A DNA stretch of 64,000 nucleotides from NCBI GenBank assembly GCA_002633005.1, contig NMRA01000028.1:542183-606182 (forward strand), read 5' to 3'. This DNA is from Phoronis australis (Eukaryota > Animalia > Phoronida). Positions 24,341 to 35,800 of the stretch are shown here, piece by piece. The notes under the pieces were generated by a model. It was not told where the DNA came from and ran no database searches. It saw only the letters and a program-made list of their open reading frames with translations. Each line of letters starts with the position of its first letter. The first letter of the stretch is position 1. A program made the translations under genes and the position numbers.

Positions 24341-27300
24341 CTGTTTCATGAAAGTAAATAAATGTCACTTCAGTAGAAGTGCAAAGTCTCTGAAAACTTG
24401 CACAAAAATGCTGTTACTGAGATAATTTCATAATATTATTTCAAAACTGCGATGGGCTCATAATTATGTGGCTGAATCTTTTTTCAGCATTTGTGAAGTG
24501 GCTAGGTAGTCTTTTAAGACAGAAAAGTCTTAAGTCTTTTTCATGAAACAGATCCTGCTGTTTTCGCCTGGCTGGCCAACACTTTGGTTTATTATGCTCC
24601 TGTATGGTATGTTACATCATTCTTTGCTCATGATTAGTTACTTTTATGGAAAATTAATAATTAGAATCTCTGTGTAGAAATGGAAATCAATGTAATGTGA
24701 AGGTTTTTAAGAAGAAATACTCAGTTGAAAAAACACTTATTGCTTTTCATGTGACCTCGGAATATTTTGTGGTCTCATATAGACAGCACCCCCTCCCTCC
24801 CTTCTTTTTGTGATAATCTATATTTGTTCATGGATTATCTCGAAAATAGCTCTACTTAAAGACAGACAGTGATAAAATTTGACACAGAGTTATGCGGGGG
24901 GGGGGGCTTCGCCAACACTAACCGTTTTTGGGACGCAGTTGACCATTAACCAATAATTCTTCTCTTCTCACAAAAATAATTGCCAAAATTACTTTCTGTT
25001 TCTAAAGGCTGGTTACCTCACTACATGCACTTTCATGTAAGAAGGTCATGCTTGCAACAAATATGGAAACTTTGCCAAATGTTGTTTTAGGACGTGTAGA
25101 CAATTCAATGCAAGCTGATAATAGACAACAATTATCTCTTTCCTTATTGTTGTGGAGAAATATGACGAAATAAACTTTTGCCTTTTCGTTATACTGTGTT
25201 ACAACAAGGTGTTTCTGAAGTTACCATGGATGGCTCTAGTGTTGAAGACAGTTTAGCTTGAACTGGATTGGTGTCTGACTTTTTTGGTTTAGTATATTTG
25301 GTACCAATCAAAAAACCAACTTGCCTGCCTTACTGCAAATTCTTTCATTCTACCTGCTCAGTATAAACGTGCGTTTGCCCTTGATTTGGCATTTCCTGTC
25401 GTGAGACAGTTCTCACTCCTTCCTATGTGTATTTCTATAAAAAATATGCAATTTTTAAATGATTTCTGTCAAATCGCACTAGTCAGTCGAAACACATTAT
25501 AGAGCCTTTCACATGGCATTTCGGTTTTCCATTTTTTAAAAAATCCCGGATTTGAAGTTCATATGTGCCAAGATTTAAAATTGTTTGATTTCGCAAAAAT
25601 TGATTAGCGACTACAAGCGTGAGAAATAAAATCAACCGTGGTGAACTGGATAAAAACACGTTTGAAGTTTTCCAGTCATCACAAACAACCAAAACGAATA
25701 GCTCAGGATGGCGCGTTGGTTTTGCATCAGGGATACTCATGATTCAAGTGTATTGATCTGTGGTTAAAAAGATTGTCAGAGATGGGATCAAAATGACAAC
25801 TTTACAATTTTCGAGTCAATTTATTTTTTTCACAAAATGTAAAAGAAGAATCAAAGGGCAAGACGAATTTAAAATTTTAAAAATTCAATATTCAGTATTA
25901 ATACTCCTCACTCTGGTGGGTTTTTTTCGCATTCACTTCACGCAGGCCTATTGTACCATATGGTCCAATACATGCTCCTGTATTCAAAACTGCGCCCACA
26001 CATTCCGAATTTTCGGCGCATGTGCTTATGCTTATTTGTCGCCTGTTACGTGCTTGCAAGTGACGATTCGGACATGTACGCATTAGATCCTTTTTAAAGT
26101 TGCATTTCGCTTTGTTGGGCTGGCTAAAAATTGTAAATTGAATTAGGCCTTTTACTCGCTTATTGGTCTCGTGATATTTTATATCGTTACACAATTCCTT
26201 TACTAACATGAACATAAAAACCATCCGCGACTCAACTCTTCAGTTGGTAAACCCTAAAATTGCGAATTCGAAAATAGCGCTTTTGCATTGTCCGTGACTT
26301 GAGTTGGTTACAGAAATAGCATCCTATCACGGTAAGGATAGTTAGGAGAACGGTCTCATTCCATTTTATTTTAGCGGTGCTAAACGACGACATGTAGCTT
26401 CAAATTATGTCCAGTTATTTAACTCGTGGATTCAAATGGTGGTGGAGAATCTTGCGAATGGTAGGCTGTCACGCTAGGTTGCGTCAACAACGGTATGATC
26501 GGCTAACGTCAAAACTGATGAAGAGTGAATCCCAAACAACAAGTCTGATGACTTGGGAGTCTGGTCGACTAGACCTCGGACCACTAATGGTTTGAGCCTA
26601 GACGTGCATACATCTGTGCTTACATGTACAGTTCACACACCTGTGTATGTACTCCTGCAGTCTGCACACTATTTAGTATGCCACCTAACTAGTGTCTGTG
26701 TTTGTTTTTAGCTGTTTTTCATTTGGAAACTAACCGTTGACATTCTCACTGATTTTACTGTAAAAACAAACAGAACTACCGTGAATAAACCAGCGTTCCC
26801 TCGTCGAGACGAACTCTTGATGTAGGCACTATCGCTATAAAATTGGTATCGACTTGTTCCTTCGGCTACTTACATGAGAAAAAATTGGAGTTGCAAAGAA
26901 CTGACCGTTCGTAATTCCTTGATGTTATGCTTTGCAAATAAAACGACACGCCGTGACAACTGAGACCTTGCAAATCGTCGTTTCGAGCATGACGAGCTGT
27001 CAGTTCTTTCGAAGGCTTGAAATCACCTCCAGCTTGACTAAAGAGTAATTTCATAACGTAGGGGAAGAGACCAGGGCTAGATCGGCCCCAATTTTGAAAA
27101 ACAGAAATTTCCAACCGTCTCCCAACTTCTTGAACAATATTTGAAAACAGGAATTTTCAGGAAGTCTTTATGGGATATGAAATGGTGATGTCACAGAAGT
27201 GCAATATGAATTCTAAGTGATCAGGTCCGAAAGGCCAAAAACAGGCCAAGTTTAATAAACCCTCGGGGTAACTTCGGTTCACTTAAATGCAATAACTGTC

Positions 27301-29021
27301 TCGCAGTTTCACGCTATAGTCTTCCAAAAACCATAGAACTCTAGGACAAGAGTTCTGTGCAATAACATTATGGTGAGTCGGAACAAACGATAAGTTACGA
27401 GTGTGCTCTCATGGCGCATGCATGCACGTGTGCTTGCGCATATTTCTGTGAACTCTAGACATTTTTTTTTTGAAATCTTTAAGAATTGAAGTTTTGAAAC
27501 ACCAAGAATAACAATAAAAATTTTATTGCGTAGAATAGTGCGATCCACTATGGGCCAAACGTGCCCCATGAGTTATAGGCGAGGAAACGTGCTGTCAAAC
27601 CGAAAGTTGGTTGTATTGCCGGGTTGTTTTGCACGGACCATACGTTTTCAGTGCCTCGAGGACACTAATGAATATTAGCCTAAATCTAAGGAAAGGGTGC
27701 GCCTGTAAAGGACATCCAACTGCGCCTAAGCGAAACTTAAGTGCTTATGTATATGTGAGAAATACTTTACTAAAAAAATCTTCGAGTTAGAAAACGTGTG
27801 ATTTCAGGTATAGGTTCTAATGCCTGGCACTAAGATTACTATTTGGCTGTCCATTTTAAATTCTTTTAATCGAAGTGATTTGAGATTTAAGATAATGTGT
27901 ATATTTAGCCAACTATCCACAAAACTATAGAACTTAACTCAATAAACATTTTCTGTGAGTAAAAAAAACTGTTGAATATCATGTTTACTTTATACCAATC
28001 TGATATCGATTGGGTGACCTGACCATATCTTTCTAGTAAACTTTAGCAAAAAAGGTAAATTGATAATAAAACGATATCAATAGCATTGACCACATTCCGT
28101 TTCGGATGAATGATCAAAAGGAAATCTCAAAAACTTTGTTACAGTTTACTAAGTCATCACTTCATGCAATTTTTTAGTTTTTCCGTTGAAATCAAACAGT
28201 CCAATGTTCATACAAAAGCGTTAAAAAATCCTAACAGCGTTTTGGAGAACCCTACATAAAGCTCAAGAGCTGAAATTTCGTATGACCGATCAGCCATTTG
28301 TGTGACATGATGTTCTTAAGTTAGCCAAATTTGGGCATTTTTCTAGAATCCTACATAACCTACATAAGTTTATCCGATTTTGAATTATTGCCGAATGAAC
28401 CGTAAACTCAGCGAAGTCACAGATATAGATTATAGTTACAGGCAATGCGACATTTTTGATTCCGCAACTGTAGGATTGAGCAACCCTAAATCTGAAGCGT
28501 TTTCTAAGTCGCTAAAGGTTTCGATGTCCTTGCTGGTCATGAAAGTAAAATTCTGTCACGGGCAAAGAATCATGAGACCAATTTCATGAGATTATAAGTG
28601 GCCTAATTCGATTTTCGTTTTTAGCAAGCTATACAGGGCGAAATGCAGCTTTTATGCCAAAAAGAAAATTGTATGGAATTCATTTTTGTTTCCTGAAATA
28701 AATTTGAGAGCAGCTTGTTTATACTAACGGATTTGTACTATGTAGTCGACATTGCTTTGCTATGAGAAGTTGGTTTCACTAACCGCTGCAGCAGACAAAA
28801 CTGGGCAGGCAATATATATTTAATTTTAGTTACTAGTTCCTCAGAGGTTCATTTTGTGAGATTCTAACAACGACTGAAGCCGATCGTTTGGTAGCCTATT
28901 TGTCTATAACAAGTTACAATTAACATACAATCCGGGATACAATCTCAGATTGAAGGCGTCTCGGCCGGGGAGCCGCCGGTAGACTTCAATTTACACTTGC
29001 CGCAATACAAGCCTACTCTGG

Positions 29022-29445
29022 CATGGGAAGCGCACCTGGGGGGCTGGCCGGAGGCTATAGCCCGGGCACCACTTTTTTCAGACTACGCCGCACATGGTCT
29101 ATAGGCGGTGCACCACAGGGGGCTGAGGGGGCTTTAGCCCTCACTTTTTCAGCGCTGCGCTGGAGTGAGGGAGTCTACTGCCTCCACTTATATTTCAGTG
29201 CTGCGCTGCGCATGGACACTGGCCACGGCGCACCCAGTGCTGTAGTCAGAAATAGAGGTGAGTAGGCCTAGGCGCCCATTGTATCACCTTGAGCACTAAA
29301 CGTAACTTACGGTACGTAGGTGCTTCGTTCAAATGCCAAAAGGTGGTTGGCTGCGCCTACGTGCGCCTGTGCCTCACTACAGCACTGAGCGCGAGTAGAC
29401 TATAGCCTCCCGGATTTTTACAACCTGGGTGCTGCGTCGCCCATG
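29022..29445. mobile_element. Longer, composite member of the CATGGGCG MITE family
   Basis: catggg...gggggct.ggggg.ctatagccc..tttttcagtgctgcg...cgcccatg, shared with the 33548 copy. Confidence 0.6.
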
Positions 29446-29639
29446 TACTGCCAATATTTTGAAAGAAATATGTCGAATATTCAAGCTAGAATAAACTGCA
29501 CACGGTTTTGAAGGTTTGCTACTAGGGAATTTCAAGCGGTTTCATTTCCGTCGGTATATCCAGCCGACTACTTTCTGGCTCCACCGTTTTATTGCCTGTC
29601 AGTCATCAACTTGTCCAAGTCTGGAGGACGCCCACCGTC

Positions 29640-29813
29640 TAGACAAATGACGTCATCAACACTCACTGCGCCAACGAGATTTTACGTTATTTGAACAAAA
29701 GCGGTTTTTATGAATCATGTTGCAGTTTGAATTAAAGGTCAAATTTGAACATTTCTACTGATCTACCCACGTCTTCCAGTTTTTATGCCACTGAATGACT
29801 TCTAATCCCCATG
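29640..29813 (+). promoter_or_regulatory. Candidate promoter and first exon of the disordered-protein gene
   Basis: Full CRE TGACGTCA at 29648-29655; the exon ends ATG|GTGAGT at 29813. Confidence 0.45.
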
Positions 29814-32800
29814 GTGAGTATTGTCGGTACCAAATTCATGTTAACAGTCATCAATTAACAACGTAAACCAGCCGCGGAAGTTGGACTGTCTCTGAGACTG
29901 AGTCTGAGACTGAGAGTGAGAGCCAGGCTTAGTTTAGGCAATTACATCGCCCCCGAATGCCTAACCACTAACCAGCCAACCGAGGGGCTACGCATACGTG
30001 TTGCCTAAGCCAGGCCCTGCTAGTACTAGTAGAGGCAGAGCCCAACCAGGGCCGGGATCCTCACCAGGGCTCACGGATACATAAGCTGCCCCTGATTCGA
30101 AGAACCAATTCTTTCTGTAATAAACAGCCATGTTATTCACTATTCAGTGATTGCTTGCATCATTGCATGAATAAATCGTGGGACAGCTATATCTGACCAG
30201 TGCCCCAGGACCAAGTCTGAACCATGGAGGCCGTTCCCAACTCAAATAAATACTTCCACACCGTCAAACTTTCGTTCAGGACGATTCAAGGCGAAGAATT
30301 GTCCACCTCATTGACTAAATTATGTTCTGACAGATTTTGACACTTCAGGACAAATGTCCAAGGCACTAGTCGGATATAATGGACCCTGATTTAGAGAACC
30401 AGTTTCATCCACGGCCCCATTATTTAGTGATTGCCTGGTTCTCTAAGTCAGGGTCCATTATATATCCGACTAGTGCCATGTCCAATACCTAGAGAAAATA
30501 GCAAAATCTTTGCAGATCATGAGATGAGACCATGGCAGCTTATTTCTATCTTGTAGAACATACTTCCAGTTAGGCAATTACATCGACCCTGGATGCCCCA
30601 TAGTTACATCCCCACAAAAAGTTACTCTTTTCAAAATGCAGCAAATAAAATCGAATGAACCATAGAAACATAGAGTTATAATTAACTCATACCATGACTC
30701 TGGATACAATTTAGTCAGCAAAACTTGAACAAATCGATGAAAAATCTGTCGCGGTTTGCTCGAGTTTCTGTTACCGGGTGCTATTGTGAGGAAGTTACAT
30801 GAAATCATGCATGTTGATGAATAAAAAGTCCAGGGGACACAAATGTTACAAATTTCAACTGATACCTTCTCATACCATTTTGCAAGTGTCACACGCTCAG
30901 TCTCACGCTAGCCTTTGCCTAACTCACGTGACTCAGTTGACCTACTTAAGGTTATCGCGCGCGTGGTGAAAAAGTTAACGGCAATCAAAAAAGTAGAGTT
31001 GGAATTCTTTGCCAAAGTCACCTTAATTCTCACAACTAAGCTTCATCGAAGATATGTATAGAAGTAGAAAGGACCAATGAAGAAAGTAAGTGCTTTTTTA
31101 CTAATAATTTTAAGTGTGGAATGTATTTTTGACAAGGTGAAAACTCAAAATCGGTGGCCAAATTTGGCCTACCTCCCGTTTAAAATACACGTAACGAAAT
31201 GCATACAGAAAGCGAATGGAAGTATTGTAGCCCCTAAATGGCCAACCGAGGGGCTACATGTTGCCCAACTTCCAGTACACACCATAAGTAAAGAACAACC
31301 AAGTCATCAAATGCTACATGACAAAATTCACGGATTGTCAAACAAGAAATGAGGTTACTGAAACAAGGATATGCTGTAAATGAAATACATACCCTTTATG
31401 TGTAAGTGGAATGTTCTATTGAACAAACCATATTGTTACATGGTTTGTAAAGGCTCTAAACAGCAGTGGTCAACACTAATGGATGTCCAACCATAGGCAA
31501 CTTTGTTGTGAGGCAAGGGAGTCTTCAAATTTACCCGTCCAGCTGACAAGTTAACTTGAAGCATTTATGTAAAATCCATACACACTCATCTCAACTTGAT
31601 GGCTAACCTCTGCTTATCATATCAGAGTTTGGTAACTTGTCTTGAGTTTTTATCCTTGCACGCAGTTTCACAAACACAGGGAAGAGATGTGAAATGCAAT
31701 GGTAAGATTTAGAGTCTGTACAGAATTGGTGCCCCAAAGTGTATATACAAAAAGTAACAGATCCGTTGTCCTAAAGCGTAGGTAGAGAACTAGTGCCCCA
31801 AAGTGTATGTACACAAAGTAACAGTTACGGTCTACTAAAGTGTAGGTAGAGAACTAGTGCCCCAAAGTGTATGTACACAAAGTAACAGTTACGGTCTACT
31901 AAAGTGTATGTAGAGAAATGGTGCCCCAAAGTGTATGTACACAAAGTAACAGTTACGGTCTACTAAAGTGTAGGTAGAGAAATGGTGCCCCAAAGTGTAT
32001 GTACACAAAGTAACAGTTACGGTCTACTAAAGTGTAGGTAGAGAAATGGTGCCCCAAACTGTATGTACAGACCTGTCTGCAAAGTGTTTTTTATAAAGAA
32101 ATAAATTCCTTGAATAAAAATGTGAATTGTTCCAGTTTTCAATGCCATTAAATAACATTGGACGTTGATACAATCTATGTACATGTGAAGTTTTAAACAC
32201 ACCAATTAAATCAATGTTGCCTAACAACACTTCTTGTCTCACATCCAGCCTCTATTAGCGTTGGAATCTGGGGAACATCTCAAAACGAGGTCGTTTGGTC
32301 AGATTTTTAACAATACTAAATAAAGCTACAATTTTTTATTTGCATGCGCGCACCCAGGGGGGGGGCCTCGAATGAGCCCCTCATTTAGCGAAGTGGGCAA
32401 AAAGGTCCGCCCCCGAGAGATAAAAAGCCGGAGAAAATGGGACAAAAGTCCACTAAAGAAGCGNNNNNNNNNNNNNNNNNNNNNNNNNNNNNNNNNNNNN
32501 NNNNNNNNNNNNNNNNNNNNNNNNNNNNNNNNNNNNNNNNNNNNNNNNNNNNNNNNNNNNNNNNNNNNNNNNNNNNNNNNNNNNNNNNNNNNNNNNNGCC
32601 ATTGTTCAATGCTAGTCACTGATCTCTTGTGTTCAACCCATGACGTCACATGGCGGGAAATGTGAAAATTTGCAAAATTGAAAGAAAAATCAAAATTTCG
32701 AGCTAATTACACAAAATAAACATGGATTTAGCTAAATTTTACGTCATACATTTAGTCTGTGGCCACCGATAATTCACAATGTGCAAAAACCCATGTTGTG

Positions 32801-35800
32801 TACTGTTTAATCCATTAAACATGCACAAAAGCGCAATTCACAGTGGTGCTCCCTTTTTTTTATTAGTTCGCCCGGCTTTTTTGTTACCAAAAGGTCCTCA
32901 AAGTCAGGAATTCGAGCCCCCCCATATTGAAGGCTGGGTGCGCGCATGATTTGTATGCGTATTTCAACACTTCAAATTTTACTCATTTTCTGTAATTGCT
33001 GCGCAATGACTTTAGTTGTTGTCTGTTCCATTTTGGACAATCAGTATGAAATGTTGAAGTACACATCCAAAACACACAAATCAACTTTTGATTTTAGAAC
33101 ACTCACTGTTATAAAATTTGTCTCAACTTGATCCGTACTCAGGCGAGAAGTGAATTCCTGGTTTGCAAAGAGCTGACACTTCATTATTGCCTGAGTGCAT
33201 GCCTGCCAAATAACATGTCACGTTGTTATAAACCAACTTGTAGAACCTGATCTGGAGCATTAGCAAGATAAGCACTCTTTTGAAGCTCTGAAGTCTCCTC
33301 TAGTTTAAGTATGAACGAATAATTAATGACCAATTTCTTCATGGTAAATGGTTTTAATAAAAAATTGTGACGGAAGAAACATTTATTGCTGCTTTAGTAA
33401 GTTACAGTTTGACTTTGTCATTGGTTAGGAGCAGAAGCAACATGGGCAACATCACATATATGACTGGTTGTTGTTGGACACACAATGTGGGCAACACTAT
33501 GTACATGGCTGGTTGTTGTTGGACACACAACGTGGGCAACACTATGTCATGGGCGGCTCACCATAGGGGGCAGGGGGGGCTATAGCCCCAGTTTTTCAGT
33601 GCTACGCTGCCCATGGTCTATAGGCAGTGCACCACAGGGGGGCTGGCTGGCTTTAGCCCCCCACCCCCCAGTTTTTTCAGTGCTGCGTTGCCCATGTATG
33701 TACATGGCTGTATGTCAGTCACTCAGTAGTTACATCAGCAATGAGACGAGAGTGTGTGTTAATGTAGCTACAGTCAGGGTCATACACATTAAACATTTGC
33801 TCTAATCTCTTAATCATATTAGCAATACCATCTTCTCTCGATCTGAAGCCATGTGTCTCCTATCTGAAGCCATGCAGCCGCACCATTACTGGGGAACAGG
33901 GCGCCTACCAAAAGGAAACCTTTTCAACTCACCTTGTCGAAGTTACAAGGAATGTTTTTAGATAGCTTTGCTTTGATGCTCTTTCTGTAAACTTGTATTA
34001 TTCCACTTGTTAAATTTTGCTAGTTCAACAAATGCAGACATAAAGCAAATTTGTAAATTTTGTGTTTTTGTCATTTCAGACATCTGAAGCAATGCCTTAT
34101 AAAGATAATGCAAGAGTGTCTTCAAGACTAAGAGTACAAAGCAAAGATAAAAAGGGAAATGGAACTAAGAAAAAGAATATATTGGGGATAGAGAGAGACT
34201 CTGCTTCTATCACAGTCACTGAGAAACCATCATGTGAGGCTGCTGTGGGCAAGATGCTTGTAGATAAAGTATTGTCCAGTAGTAGCATGGAGTCCAGTAG
34301 AAGAAGGGTACTAATTAAGCCAAATAGATTCAATGTTACGTTGGGTGAGAGTGAAGACAAGGGAAAGAAAAGGGAAAAGGTCTCTGTTGGTGTCCTTAGA
34401 CATAGGAAATGTAAGGATGGATTAGAACTACCTATGGAGGAATCAAAGCATGGGAACTGTGGTGTTAAACAGCCTACCAATAACAAAGCACGGAAGAATG
34501 CAGGTATTAGTGAGATGAAGGCTGAGAAAAGCATGATGACTGGCCTTGGAAAACGAGGGGGGGAAGACACCGTGAATGGTTCTACAGGTAAACGAGCAAA
34601 ATTAGACAGGACCTCTTTTGGCAAGGATGGACAAAGAAAAGGCAATCATGTTGGCAAGACAGGAAAAGAGAACGTAAAAAGTCACAGGTCCTCAGTTTGT
34701 AAAAACAGCAGAGTTCAGGAACCACGTGATGCCATCAAGGCAGAGACGCTGGCTATGAAGAGAACAACTAGGCAACAACTGAAATCAAGACAAACCATTA
34801 ACAGTTCCACGGCAGTGTACATCAGTGAGCCGAGAAATAAGTCTGCAACTGCAAAACAATTTTTTTCGTGCAATGAAACAAAGTGCACTGCAATATCAGA
34901 AAAGGGACGTGGCACAAGAAATCAGTCTGCCAAATCGGGCCTGCCAGATACTCACAGATCTACTAGGTGGTCTACAGTTTCTGTTGCAAGTGACAAGACC
35001 ACATCTAGAACAAGGCTGGCTGGTAGGCACTACCAAAGCACTTCTGCATTCAGCACTATTAAACCAGTCACGAGTCAGTCACAGATAGCGCCTGTGGTGG
35101 CAAGCAGTGACAACGTCCCTGCCTCTGCCCAGTCTAGCTCCAGGTTAAATGTGAGGTGGTTACCAGCCAGTGATCGTCAGCTGCGCAGTCGTAAGCCAGT
35201 CACCATAAAGCGGTCGGCCTACCCATCTACCACAGATGCCATTCGTAAGAAGTACAGGCGGCAATCCTTAGGTAGTACTTGCACTAAGCCCAACCTGATT
35301 ACCAAATCGGCCAGTGGGATTTCAACAACTGATTCAGTAAATACCTTGCAGACAAATTCATGTGTTGCCAAAATGGATACTTGCCTTGATAAATCTGCCA
35401 GTGTTTGCACAGTGGAGGCTGTTTATGTTGATAAGAGGGCTATGTACAAAAAGGATCCTATTCTTGCCTGCCTCTTATCAGACACTAATGGTGTACCCAA
35501 CGATTCTGATCCTCACAACGGCTTAGGTGGAGAATTAGTGTTGGCAGATTCAAATGCTGATTGTTTTGTGAAGGGTCGAAGGGGGCAGACTGGTGACAGA
35601 AGCTCACAAATTAACACGCCAATTGTCATGGCTTTGGAGGGTCAGTCTGAACATGATTCTGAAGCAACCAACAACAGCAGTAGCAGCAGCAAACACGATG
35701 AGTTATGTATCGGCTGTGAACTACAGCCAGCTACTGTAGAGCAGTGCTGCCACAATTCAGAGGGCAAGGAGCTGCTTACGAGTACAGAACATAATACACC

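Noticed and set aside
25471-28700. CACTA/Transib-like ends (cactagtc at 25477, cactatg at 27546)
   Set aside because: No matching opposite TIR or TSD and no recognisable transposase motif; probably decayed repeats.
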